From NCBI GenBank assembly GCA_951406725.2, contig OX597815.1:105276001-105340000 (forward strand): DNA of 64,000 bases, written 5' to 3'. The notes under the pieces are model-generated. The model was not told the DNA's origin, did no database searches, and saw only the letters and a list, made by a program, of their open reading frames with translations. This document shows positions 39,276 through 52,805 of the stretch, piece after piece; the first letter of the stretch is position 1; each line of letters starts with the position of its first letter. Origin of the DNA: Octopus vulgaris (Eukaryota). A program made the translations under genes and the position numbers.

Positions 39276-39341
39276 TATATATGACATCAGAGTTCGAACC
39301 TGTTACCAAGGCTTTAAGGACATACATACATACTTACATAC

Positions 39342-39672
<331 letters not shown>

Positions 39673-39694
39673 ATGAAAATATCCAATCTTTTAC

Positions 39695-39914
39695 TTGGGC
39701 AAGTGTCTTCTACTATAGCCTCGGACCGACCAAAACCTTGTCAGTGGATTTGGTAGACGGAAACTGAAAAAAGCCCGTCGTATATATATATATTGTTGTA
39801 TTTAGGAATGGTCATTTTGCCAGTTTAGCCAATAAAAACACACGCACTATATATTTTCGTGTTACTTTGCTTCAGCGTTATTCATTTTTTACATTAATCT
39901 TAATCTTATTTCGG

Positions 39915-39973
<59 letters not shown>

Positions 39974-40205
39974 TGTATGTATGTATGTATGTGTTTGTCC
40001 CCTAACATCGCTTGACAATCGATGCTGGTGTGTTTACGTCCCGTAACTTAGCAGTTCGGCAAAAGAGACTGATAGAAAAGTACTAGTCTTACAAAGAATA
40101 GGTCCTGGGGTCGATTTGCTCGACTAAAGGCGGTGCTCCAGCATGGCCGCAGTCAAATGACTGAAATAAGTAAAAGAGTAAAAGAGAGTAAAGAGAGTAA
40201 GAGTA
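39695..40205 (+). mobile_element. SINE family A, 5'-truncated, with an internal insert
   Basis: cttgggcaagtgtcttctactatagcc...ggcggtgctccagcatggccgcagtc...gtaaaagag tail. Confidence 0.88.
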
Positions 40206-40765
40206 ACAATATAATATAATAAATTTTAAATACAAATTACATACGACTGTTTCTGTTCTTACCCACAATAAAATTATAAAAATCCATTGTTTGTGGGTAA
40301 GAATCTCTTCAGTGTAAGTTTTGATATATGAGGAATCACAAATCTAAGAACTAACTCAGTTTAAATATATTTATGTTTTTAAGCGTGAGCGTCGGAACTT
40401 TTTCAGTGAACAGGTCACGGTTTCAAAGTGGCGAAAATATTTCGACAAATTAAATTTATATGTTGAAGTGAATCTAACGGTTTTTGTGTGTTTTTAAATA
40501 GCTTATAAACACCTTCCAAGCTGCAATTGTTTTTGTTTCAGCACACGATCTCGGATCAAGTCACTTGCTATGCAAGTATATCTATATAAAAACAAAGATA
40601 AAAATAAGAAACAAAATACGAAAAATAAACTAATATAACTATCATAAAACATACAGTTAGGTATTTTAATCTAAATATATCTTAGCGCATTAGTTTTTCT
40701 TAAATAATAGGAGCAATATTTGATGTGTTAATCTCCATTCTGTCAACACCTCAAATGTAAAATTC

Positions 40766-40857
40766 TTCCCTGAAGACGGAGGCGGCTGGTATCCGGTAAT
40801 AGAATCAAGTTTTAAACATTATTTTGGAATACCAAGCCCCCAGAAACAGCTGATGGA
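40766..40857 (+). ncRNA. Hammerhead-like motif with a long stem II, degenerate
   Basis: Canonical CUGAAGA (40770) and GAAA (40843) flank a stem pairing ggaggc/gccccc and tggtat/atacca, followed by the palindrome CAGCTG; the cleavage triplet appears mutated. Confidence 0.4.
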
Positions 40858-41899
40858 CTCGTAAAACACCTACTCATATAACATCATAGCAACTAAAATG
40901 TGTAGGGTTTGAGACAGTCTCTGCGTAGTCCCGCGACCGGCAAGAAATATTAATAACTTTGAAAATTGAGCGGGGCAAGGTGTGTCAAAAATTTCCTGGA
41001 AAAAAATTTAATTTATAATAATCTGGACATTTCAAGAAATTCTCGATTCAGAGTCATCGCTATGTGATTATTAAAATCATTTAAAGCCCGAGTGACATAT
41101 AAGACACTGAATTATTTTCTGGATTTATTGCAGACTTCATTCTTCGTCTATTTCTTTAGACACAAACTGCGACATTGTTATTCAATATATTACCAGTATT
41201 TTCCATTTTCGTTACTATTGTATTAGTGCAACAAGTTTCAGTTAGTGTTCAATTATGTATCAAAAATGTGTGATGATAAATATATAAAGCTTGTTTTGAA
41301 GTCGTTTTATGAATTATTGATTTGTTTATAAAACGGAAGTTTCGTTTGCCACGTACATCTGAGTTTGTTGTAAAGTACCATTGTTACTTTACCTTTGTTC
41401 ACTATTTCATCCTATGCTGTTATATATATTTTATGTGCACAATGTTAGCTATTTATAGATTTGTTTCTACAAGAGAGAAATGAACTTGAGTTTTAGCTCT
41501 CTCAATCTTATTAGTAAAATATTCTAAATTGCTAACTTTCATAGAAATACTATGTGACTAGATTATTGATAGATAAACATCTTGACTCGTGGATACTATT
41601 TAAATAAGATTTAAGTCAACCAGAAACTTTTATATACAACATTGATTTTCCTCTTTGCTAAAATCCCGAGTTCATATTTACTGGAGTTCTGTAGCAACGT
41701 ACATACATACATACATACGTACATACATGTTGAAATTTCAATGAAGGAGCCTTGGATATAGGTTAGAAACCGGCTCGCTCTCCCTATTGGCAAGAAATCT
41801 TGAAATAAAACTGAACAATGACACACATACATACTTACATATGTTGTGTGCGTATATACCTATGCGACCTATGCGTGTAAGTATGTATATGTAACGCGA

Positions 41900-41978
<79 letters not shown>

Positions 41979-44154
41979 CGTGCGTGTGTGTGTTCAATTT
42001 ATAAATTGGGAGATTTGACTTAAATTGTCCTTTGCTTTTCAACTGAACAATTCCTCCATTTCTCTATTCCTTTTTCGAATATCTAATATTTTAGATCGTT
42101 TATCAGCTTTTACAGAAATGTTTCAGCACACTGGCAGATTAATTAACCGATTAAGATGTATTACTACGATATGCAGAAATTTGCCTCCAAAATTACATTA
42201 CCTTTCTGCAAAGTTTCTGCGAAAATAACATATTGTTTTCTAAAATCGCACAGCTTTTTAAAGAATTTTCTTGAGTGAGCATGGTATCTTGTTCTTCTAT
42301 GACAAAATTAAGATTTAAATATATGCTTTCCAAGGAAATCAATTACCTATATCTTTAACAAAAATATCTGCTGAAAAACTAAATACTTCTAATAGCCTGA
42401 TTGAATATTCAGTCGCGATAATGACAAATACTAAACTTCATCCTAGCACATTGGTTATATTAAGTCAAAAGAATTGATATCTGAGCTAAGATATCAGAGT
42501 TAAAACAAAGTTATATAAAAATTACTCAGATTAAAATGTATTTGAAGTTGTAAAAGAATTGAGAACACTTGGAAAAGTAAACAGAAGTTGTCTCTACTTT
42601 GATATGACAAGTAGCTACATTATATAAATAAGCTTATGAATTTTCATTTCAATTGATAATCGAGTAGCATACTGAGCTATGGGGAAATTATCATTACCCA
42701 ACCTGAATTAATTCTAAAATATCGCAAAGCTCTTGATAATTTAATCGTTGTAATTTTCGAACATTGCTCCATACACATGGTTCAGGCAGGAGTAAATTTA
42801 ATCACCCGTATTACTTGAGTTGCACATATTTTATTTATCTTGATGGAATGAAAGATAAAACCAATCCTAGTAGCATTTGAAAAACTCAGAATGTAACCAG
42901 AGGTTGCTAAATGCCACAAGTCTGACCGATTCTGCTCTACAGATTCTGTTGTCAATAGAATTTGTTAGATGTACTCAACTCTCAGGCAGTTAATAGATGT
43001 ACATAAGTCTTTGACTCCTGCCAGCTATTAATATCGTGTGTGATCACCAGGCATAAAACGTATGAAAATAGAGACACTCAGAAAGCGGAGAATGAAAACA
43101 AACACAAATCATATGATATTTTCTTAATATTTTAAAAGGAGAAACAAAAGAACTACCTGCGGCAAACACGTCTAGGCGATAAAACATTCTGAGCAGTACC
43201 ATTTTATATCAAGGGGGTGCGGCTCAGGTAGATATGTTTATAGGATTGCTTATACCATCGAAATAGTAATTAAACTGGTGATGATTACCTTGGATAATAT
43301 CAGAAAATAAGTAATGTCCTCATTAATTTGATGTAACGAAGGATTTTAATATACTTAATTGTTGTTTTAATGTGCAAACGCTTCACGTTCTCAGATCAAA
43401 CATGCCTTACATTTTAGTTAATTAAAATAATTGTAGAAAAATTTCTTCAAGGTTCAGAAATTTCATCAATTTGAATCTGGAACCAGTGTTATCTTTTGCG
43501 TTTCTGTTGATGAAATGAATACCAAATGAAATAAGGTCAACATTTACTATCTCTTAAATATGATTAATTTGTTGGAGATGATATACAAGGAAACAAGTAA
43601 TGTGAAACAATTACAATGTGATTAGTTGTCAAGTTTTACTGGTAATCCAATAGCTGAATTCCCTTTCATGAAAACAATAAAACTCAAATTAATTACTAGA
43701 TTTGTCGCTAGCGTCCGAATTCCTACGCATTTTATCTTCCTTTCTCGTTTGATTTTTGTTGTTTTTTTTTCTAGTGAACTAAATCTTTTTAGAACTTACA
43801 GTCATGATACGCAAATGTAAATATATTGAAATATCTTAGCAATAAGATAATTATAATAATAATAGTAAAGCAATCACTATAAATTTCTTCATTCAGTTAG
43901 GATGTGGAACCCACTTGGAGAAAATTACGTTGCAAAGCAAAATTGCAATTATCTATTTAATGTATAAAGTTTAATCGTGTGTTCATAGTACGTGGAGGTA
44001 CCCAAAAGTATCAGGAAACGCTTTAGGAATGGTCTTGTTGCTAGAAAAAATAACGCTTCTATTCTATTATGCCGACCACAAGATGCTGACTGGTGAACCG
44101 GTCTGTCGGTGTTGCATCGAGATGCACCGATGTAATATAGGATAAATATTATAA

Positions 44155-44328
44155 TAATAGCAATAATGCTTGGATGGAATCTATAAACATGTAATGCATC
44201 GCGACGCACCTTTCCACAAACCACAGAAATCTTAAAATCACGTGTTCTTAACAGACATGTGATCTGTGGAAACGCGCGTAGCGATGCGTTATATGTTTAT
44301 AAATTCCATCCAAAGATTATTGTTATTA
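44155..44328. repeat. Fold-back inverted repeat with ~70-bp arms
   Basis: Arms 44155-44224 and 44259-44328 align without gaps, about 11 mismatches in 70 by hand count. Confidence 0.9.
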
Positions 44329-44375
44329 CGTGTGTGTGTGCTTATTATGTGTGTATGTGTGTGTGTGTGTGTGTG

Positions 44376-44490
44376 TGTATATTTTATCAATATTTAGCAA
44401 AAGTAATAGAGTGACTCAAGGTCCGAGAATTTTCTACGTTGGCACTTGTCAAACTCTGTTACTTCTGCTAAATAATAATAAAAATATACA
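44376..44490. repeat. Fold-back hairpin, ~115 nt
   Basis: atttagcaaaagtaatagagt pairs with actctgttacttctgctaaat; further inner pairing gactcaaggtcc/ggcacttgtc. Confidence 0.85.
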
Positions 44491-44583
44491 TATTCTCATA
44501 TTTTGAGTTCTATTTTTCCTGTTTCCATCACGATACCTATGTATATGTATATATATATATGCACACATATATATATATGTATG

Positions 44584-44625
<42 letters not shown>

Positions 44626-44683
44626 CATGCATACATACATACATACATACATACATACATACATACATACATACATACATACA

Positions 44684-44714
<31 letters not shown>

Positions 44715-45363
44715 GTATGACGCTTCGGAAGCTTATAGGCCTTTCTTCGACTGGCTTAGAGATCCTATGCTTTTATACAATTTGATTATCTCTAAGTGGA
44801 CAAGCGGGAAATTACATTCAATATGTATTTATGGATACATGAGTTAGGGTGGATGTGTTAATGAGTGTGATTTTCCTTCACTGTCTTTTCTTTTGTTATT
44901 TACCTTAGTCTCAATTTCTTAGAATGTCATGACTCACATCTATCTTCATTTATATTTTGTACAACTGAGGCCTCGTATAAATATCTATTATCGCTTCTTA
45001 CTCCTCATATCCTCCAACCGTATTTCCACTACCCATACTTTCTCGCAGCTGTCAACATGCATCTAATCACGTAAACTATTGACTGCGCCGACCGCGCCAA
45101 ACACGATTGATCGGTATAAGTTATAAACTCACTGTTTCAAACTAAACTAAAAAACAAAAATGTATCTATTTAGTCTCTTTGTAGAAATTTAGCTTCAATT
45201 TTGTTATTAAACTTTGGCATTCTAACCACATTTGCTAACTATCTATTCTTGAACTGTTTTGAAATAATATTCCATTTCATAATCTATAATATTTCTCATC
45301 CTTAAATTCGGGTATTAGTTTAAGTCCTCTATTGTTTGTCTAAATATTTTCACACACACTCGG

Positions 45364-45401
<38 letters not shown>

Positions 45402-46549
45402 TCACTCACTCGCTCGCTCACTCACTCATTCACACACACAAATAAAAGTTGTTTTTGTAAAGTAAGCTTCCAAACTATAAGTGCTATAATCATCTGCTTC
45501 AGCAAATTCAATATTGCACACAGAATATTCTGCAGGGATTATAATTACACCCCCATAAATATTTTTCATGTTTATGATGCTTTTTCCTTCAATAACTTAT
45601 ATTATATATGTAGTCTTTAAATTTTAATATTGTTTTTCTCTATAATTAATTACAAGTCATATTCAGTCTCTGACAGAATACCAAAAAGGTGTCAAACTTC
45701 CATTAACTAATTCAAAGTTCTATCTTTAATGTCGATATGAATATGAGACTTATATGCTCATAGTCAGGGGAGAATAAAAAATATGAGAGACTCTGTCAAA
45801 AGATTCTCAAGGAACTTGAATAGATAACTTTCTATAGAAGTTGATTATCCACATGCAACTCTTTAGAACCAAAATAATAATATGCTTATGAAGTGATATG
45901 TATAAGCGTATAAACCAAGACTAATTAATGTGATCACAAAATTTGACATACTAAAATGAATAAAATTAACAGGTAGGATCATTGTTTTTCTGATAGCTTT
46001 CAAGATAGTGTTTGGTAAGCAGCCAAACTTTTCTAAGGTTCTTAATCATTAAACGTAAATCAAAGGCGTGTTATTGATGTTTATTTAGAAAGAATGTCGA
46101 TAGTAAATTGTTTTTCTAAGTAATATTTTTCAAGAATTTTCCACTAACCAATAAAAAACATATATCATTTACAGTAGATTAGTAACGATTGTTTATTGGC
46201 TACCAAAACAACTGACGTCAACCGATCACTGGTAAGTCGATATAAATCTTTAAGAGTTCGGCAATACATTTCTTCTGGCACACTAACTAACGCTGAAAGT
46301 ATCTAAAATAATTGCCAGAGAATTTCACTTTTTAGAAGAAATTCTGCTCTTTTAAAATATAGTTCTAAATATGAATTTTTACAGGGTTTATGTGATTCAT
46401 AACTAAATGTAAGTAAAATGGTTTCCTTCTATCTTTTATCGAGACATTCTGAAATTGAGCTTCTTTTTTTTTTTTTTTTTTCAAAACCCTCACACTTTTT
46501 CATCTGGCTGATCTCTCTCATTTGTTGCTGGTGGAAGAATAAAGAAATT

Positions 46550-46715
46550 ACCACCAACACCATCATCCTCATTATCATCATCATCCTTATCATCATCATC
46601 ATTGTCGTCGTCGTCGTTGTCGTCGTCGTCGTCGTCGTCGTCGTCATCATCGTCGTCGTTGTCGTCGTCGTCGTTGTCGCCGGCGTCGTCGTCGTTGTCG
46701 TCGTCGTCGTCGTCG

Positions 46716-46755
<40 letters not shown>

Positions 46756-46770
46756 TACCATTATTATTAG
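46550..46770. repeat. (CAT)n/(CGT)n triplet tract
   Basis: Read directly; the poly-D/V/S/T ORFs are artefacts. Confidence 0.9.
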
Positions 46771-46985
46771 GCGGTGGCAAGTTGGCAGAATCTTTAGCAC
46801 GCTGGACGAAATACTTAACGGCATTTCGCCCGTCGCTACCTTCCGAGATCAAATTCCGCCGAGGTCAACTTTGCCTTTTGGGGTCGAAAAAAATAAGGTC
46901 CAATTGAAGACGACTGGGGGGTGGGGGTCAATGTAATCGGCTCATCCCCACCTCACCCAAACTGCTCTTGTGACAAAAATTCGAA
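46771..46985 (+). mobile_element. SINE family D
   Basis: gcggtggcaagttggcagaatctttagcacgctggacgaaatac...aaattccgccgaggtcaactttgcc. Confidence 0.8.
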
Positions 46986-47012
46986 ATGATAATAGTAATA
47001 ATTATTATTATT

Positions 47013-47561
47013 GAGGGAGAGAGCAGTGCATGCCGTCAAAGTGACACTGGAGTAAAATATACGAAGCCCAGTATACCCATCATGACAACCCGTCTGATAA
47101 GGGCACACCACGGTACCTGCACCACAACCATATGCGCGTAACATTGCGATCTCATATCATGATAAACAGCACATGAGACCTACAGGTGGGACCCAGTTAG
47201 AATTTTTTTCAGGTTCAATAGTCCATCCTGCTGAAAGGGTCTTTGAAAAAGGGTTGTTTAAGGATGTTGAACGAAATACCCATGCTTTCAAAGGTGAAGT
47301 ATCCAAACCCCAAAGTATTCCTCTCAACACATGGCTATGATGCTCCCCACTACTTCTGCTTGTGATCAGAGATGTACATATCGTCATCCACTAAAGGACA
47401 TGCTCAACTGGTTACGGTCAAACAATTGACAAGAAGATCTGTGGAATTGAGCAGAATATTTGCTGTAGACAATCTTTTATACCAAGACAAAACAAAGTAT
47501 ATGACAACACTTCCAATCAGTTAAGATCAGAAGCCATGAGAGCCACGCCTGGTACTGCATT
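47013..47561 (-). mobile_element. ~550-bp TAA-inserted element, copy 2
   Basis: Reverse complement is collinear with 17162-17708. Confidence 0.85.
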
Positions 47562-47589
47562 AGGACATTTATTATTATTACTATTATTA

Positions 47590-47643
<54 letters not shown>

Positions 47644-47648
<5 letters not shown>

Positions 47649-48581
47649 TAGTTTTATTTTTATAGCGTGCTTTCACTTCACTACCGAGCGCAGCTCTGTG
47701 TGCTTTAGGTATGTGCTGTGATTTGTTGTGATGCTCTGATGGTTATTGTATGTAAAGTGTTCTGCGTAGGATGTGTGCAGTGCCTAGTAGTGCAATTTTC
47801 TGTTATATGTGTTTGTAAGTCCTGGTGTTTTTGTTATGTATTTGTCTGAATATTTTTTTATCATGCCTAATGCACCTACTATGATAGGAATTGTTTCTGT
47901 TTTTAGATTCCACATTCTGGTTACCTCTATTTCCAGGTCTTTGTATTTTGAAAGTTTCCCCATTTCTTTTAGAGACACGTTGTCATCCGCTGGTATTGAT
48001 ACATCAATTAGGAAACATTTTTTTTTTCTTCATGATCTCTGACAACTATATCTGGTCTGTTGGCCTTAATTTCTCTATCTGTGTGTATTGGCATATCCCA
48101 GAGTATGGTTGCTTTCCCGATTTCTGTGACCTTTTCTGGTGTGTGCCTATACCATTTTTTTCTGTTGTTATTTCATAATGTTGGCATAGTTTCCAGTGTA
48201 TGTTGGTCCCAACTCTCTCGTGTCTGTGAATATATTCCTTCTTAGCTAGGACTGGGCAGCCAGAAATAATATGAATTATTGTTTCTTGTCCATCTCCACA
48301 TATTCTGCAGTTACTTGTTATATTTCTTTTCATTACATGTTTTGGTAATTTCTGGTGGGGAGGCTTTGGTCTTGTGCTGCAATTAAAAATCCTTCTGTCT
48401 CTGCTTTGAGTCCTGAGCTTCTCAACCATTGCTGGGATTTTTCTTTGTCTATTTCGTTTGCATTTAGTTTAGTCCAGTATTTGCCATGAAGGGGCTTTTC
48501 TTCCCATCGTTTTATCATGGTTCGTTGCTGTTCGCTTTTTAGTTTGGATTTCATTTGTTTTATAGCTTTTGTTGTTTCTTC

Positions 48582-48613
<32 letters not shown>

Positions 48614-49545
48614 CTTCTTCTTCTTCTTCTTCTTCTTCTTCTTCTTCTTCTTCTTCTTCTTCTTCTTCTTCATATTTGTTAGGTAGTATGATTTCTTGTT
48701 TGTATTTGTCAGCTTCCTTAAATACTGAGAACAGTTTTTTGTTTTGCTCGTGTTTTGCCGCTATTTGTATCAGTTTTCCTTCCTTCTGAAGTAGATATTT
48801 TTGCAGTCCTATTGTGGTTATTTTATAGTAGTTTTCCAGCTGTATAAGGCCTCTACTACCTTCTATCCGTTGTATATATAGCCTTTCTATGTCAGATTTG
48901 TGTGATGCATCCTAGATCCTGTCATTATTTTTCTTGTTTTCCTATCTATTTTGGTCAGTTCATTTCGTGTCCAGTTAAGGATATTGTAGCTGTAACTTAT
49001 AACTGGGACGGCTAAAGTGTTGATACCTATAATCTTGCTTTTAGCATTGAGCTCTGTTTTCAGTATTGATCTAATTAGTCTGAAATATTCGTTTTTTATT
49101 TTCTCTTTCATTTGTGTGTATTGTGTCTTATCTAGTTCATGGATTTCTAAGTATTTGTAAGTTTGGCTTTGGTCTAATTTTATTTCATTGGTTTTATCTA
49201 GTGTGATGTTGCTACTCTTAACTAGTTTTCCTCTTTTCAGGGTTACTTTAGCGCATTTCTCTAATCCAAATTTCATATCTATTTCTTTGGTAAATCCATG
49301 AACTGTCTTTAATAGTGTTTCCAGCTGTTTGTCATTTGTAGCGTATAGTTTTAGGTCATCCATATATAAAAGGTGGCTGATCGTTTTGCCGTAACATTTA
49401 TATCCGCATCCAGTTCTATTTAGCATACCCGATAGAGGTGACAGTGCCAAGCAGAAAAGAAGTGGAGAGAGCGTATCCCCCAGGACTATTCCTCTTCTAA
49501 TGGGGATGGCTTTGGTTTTTCACAAGTCCCTCTTTTGTTTGGAGC
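47644..49545 (-). mobile_element. R4/Dong-type RLE LINE, young 5'-truncated copy
   Basis: HLLYMDDLKLY, CCHC knuckle CRICGDGQETIIHIISGC, RLE motifs RPDIVVRD and LIDVSIPADD...KEMGK; (TAA)n on both sides. Confidence 0.93.
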
Positions 49546-49579
<34 letters not shown>

Positions 49580-49583
<4 letters not shown>

Positions 49584-49992
49584 TAGTTTTATTTTTATAG
49601 CGTGCTTTCACTTCACTACCGAGCGCAGCTCTGTGTGCCTTGGGTATGTGCTGTGATTTGTTGTGATGCTCTGATGGTTATTGTATGGAAAGTGTTCTGC
49701 TTAGGATGTGTGCAGTGCCTAGTAGTGCAATTTTCTGTATGTTATATGTGTTTGTAAGTCCTGGTGTTTTTGTTATGTATTTGTCTGAATATTTTTTTAT
49801 CATGCCTAATGCACCTACTATGATAGGAATTGTTTCTGTTTTCAGGTTCCACATTCTAGTTATCTCTATTTCCAGGTCTTTGTATTTTGAGAGTTTCTCC
49901 ATTTCTTTTAGAGACACGTTGTCATCTGCCGGTATTGATACATCAATTAGAAAGCTTTTTTTTTTTTTTTTTTCTTCATGATCTCTGACAAC

Positions 49993-49993
<1 letters not shown>
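49580..49993 (-). mobile_element. Dong LINE 3' end, near-identical to 47644-48050
   Basis: LIDVSIPADDNVSLKEMEKLSKY...ALLGTAHILSRTL plus the same 3' UTR; bounded by TAA tracts. Confidence 0.92.
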
Positions 49994-50076
<83 letters not shown>

Positions 50077-50078
<2 letters not shown>

Positions 50079-50720
50079 CTTCGTAATTCAGTGTAGATAA
50101 AGATGCACGGAAGTCTTTAGTCATCTGTAAATCACAACAAGGATCTTAGACAGATATTACTTTCCTTAAGACGTGCGTTGTAACAAACCATGCAGCGTCA
50201 TCAACTTTCTCGTTTTTCTATCCGGTGTTGATATTTCCTCGTTAGTCCATTTGAGGATGGACGCACTATATCTGACCACCGCAACTGCTCATATATTCAT
50301 TGCAGTAATCAAATTTTTGACATTCAGATTGGATTTCAACACCATCTTCACGCTTTTCTTGACAACCCTCGCTGACCTTGACTTTCATTTCTCTGTGTAG
50401 AATGTCATCCAGCTCCAAAATCCCTAAATATCTGTACTCACTACTGTCGGGTTCACCCATGGTCTCTCCTGGTGGTAACCGCAATCCTCTGCAGGATGCT
50501 TTCTTCCCTCTTTTCATATTAAGTACTGAGCATTTGGTAATCCCAAATTCCATACCGATGTCCCTACAACACTTCTGGATTGTTTTGGTTAAGGAATCTA
50601 GCTGTTTTTCAGATTTCCCAAACAATTTCAAGTCATCCATAAGCAGTAGATGGTTCAATAATGGACCTTACTTCCCACACCGGTAACCCATCTTTCCTAA
50701 GTGTCATTGTTATGGGTATT
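50077..50720 (-). mobile_element. Dong-type RT fragment, another subfamily
   Basis: NHLLLMDDLKLF...IGMEFGITKC...YRYLGILE. Confidence 0.85.
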
Positions 50721-50763
50721 AGTGCAAAAATTCTGTGTTTGGCCCCTTGTGGGTAGTAAAGAA

Positions 50764-50836
<73 letters not shown>

Positions 50837-50839
<3 letters not shown>

Positions 50840-51233
50840 TTATATATAAAAGTCAAGCTGTGTGTCTGTCTCCTACGATTTAGATTCATAACTACTCCCA
50901 CATTTTGCGGTGCAGTTTAACCAAAACCGGGTATCTTATAGTCGTGATTCATATCGAGCCCTTCTGGGTATTAGCGCGCGTCTACGATGAGTCTACGATT
51001 TTTAAAAACATTTACCATCATTATTTTCCATTTTAATGCATTTGTTTCGCTATTATATAAGGGAAGTAACTCTCTGAAAATGTCTACGATGAGTCAACGA
51101 TTTTAAAAAAATTTACCATCATTTTTTTTCCATTTTTAATGCATTTTTTGCTATTTTTTGGCTATAACTCTCTAAAAATGCTTATATAGTTATTTCCCTT
51201 ACAAACCCGAGCAACGCCGGGCGATACTGCTAG
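50837..51233 (+). mobile_element. Non-autonomous Helitron, complete, 397 bp
   Basis: a|TCtttatatataaaag ... cccgagcaacgccggg hairpin, cgatactgCTAG|t; inserted at A|T inside (TA)n; internal ~100-bp duplication. Confidence 0.85.
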
Positions 51234-51399
51234 TATATATATATATATAATAGAAATATGTTACAAAAAGAAAATAGAAACTACACGTAAGGGGAAAGTA
51301 AGAAGAAAATAAGCGAAAATGCACATTGAAAATCAAAAAAAGTAAAGGCTTTTATGAAAAGTAACGATAGATACAATTAGATGAACTGAGGAAGGAATA

Positions 51400-52034
51400 A
51401 AAGTAATAAGAGTCATTATTGTGAATTGTTAAAGAGATTCAAAAGCATACCGGTTTCGTGAATTTACTAATTATTGCTTTGAATGCACACCGATTAATGA
51501 ACGGTGTCAGGTATACTATTCCCTGAGTAAAACAATTATGTGCAAGGGAGGTAAGTAGTTCTGGATTTGGTACAATTAGGCTAGATATAGATCTGTAATG
51601 TGAATGGTGTATGGGATGTATGGGGGTTAGTGGTATTAATTGAAAGGTTAGTAGTGTTCTGTATTATGTTATGTGTTCATATTGAGTCGTGGAAGATATT
51701 TATTGATGAAAGCTGCCTCTTTATTCATTCTTTGTTGTACTGAGGTGTTCTGTGAACATTGATAGAAGGGGAAAATTAGAAAATTAGGAAATTAGGATTA
51801 AGATTCCTAGCACACCATTCTATGTGTTCACTAACCTGTATCTGTCTGTATTGTGCGTAGCAGATTTGTTCTTTGGGGAGAGTGGTTCTTCGACAGAGGG
51901 ATATTTCTGTTTGGCCAATATAATTATGACCACACCCTAAGCATATAATGGCATAGATAAGATTTTCCGAGGCACAGGTGAAATCTGATTTGATCTTAAA
52001 TATTTCACCTTGTTTATAGTGGAATTCTGAACCC

Positions 52035-52036
<2 letters not shown>
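51400..52036 (-). mobile_element. Penelope-like element 3' part (GIY-YIG endonuclease)
   Basis: FTCASENLIYAIICLGCGHNYIGQT...RRT...EHIEWC, then FINKYLPRLN; a GAAACCGGU remnant at ~51450. Confidence 0.88.
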
Positions 52037-52104
<68 letters not shown>

Positions 52105-52148
52105 GTTTGTACGATGTCTCTTTCATTCTTTTGTTGTCTTACCATTAC

Positions 52149-52202
<54 letters not shown>

Positions 52203-52437
52203 CTATCAGTAATTAAAAATAGAACAAGGTGAACTGGTTCTTTTCAAGACCAAGGTCAGCGCGCTCATTGATCGCTAGTAGTAGTAAACACATTTCACCT
52301 CAGCTGACCCCAAAGGTGTGAGGCCTCTTTTGTCCCCTTATCGCACAGGAATGTCCACTGATGATCTACCGAAGGTATTTACAGACATATAGAATTTGGT
52401 CTATTCACCAATCTGCTTCTCTTTCTCCTACTCTCAG

Positions 52438-52575
52438 CACAGTTACAAAACCAGTGATTATAGGAGCACTGGAAATGACCAGTAAATGAACTAAAAGTTA
52501 GTTGAGAATGACCCCTGGATCATCATTCATGTAGGGAACGCAAAAGATAGTATTAAGTGTTAACTGCAAATATAA
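52438..52575 (+). mobile_element. Dong-type RLE C-terminal fragment
   Basis: TKPVIIGALEM...TPG...QKIVL. Confidence 0.5.
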
Positions 52576-52805
52576 ACAGACTGTATATGAAAAGAAAGAA
52601 TGGTGCCTGAGGACTGATTAGTATAGACTATTGTATAAGAAGTGAAAGGAGAACGCTTGCCGAGTATTTGATAAATAGTGACGAAGATCTGCTGCAATAT
52701 ACCGGGACCCATATTATTATTGATAATTTTAAATGCTATAGTTTGAACAATGGTGGTAATGATAATCACTGTGGCTATGGAGGCGACACAATTCAAGTAC
52801 GTTAT

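Noticed and set aside
46418-46936. Poly-V/D/S/T ORFs on both strands
   Set aside because: (CAT)/(CGT) triplet tract plus a SINE.
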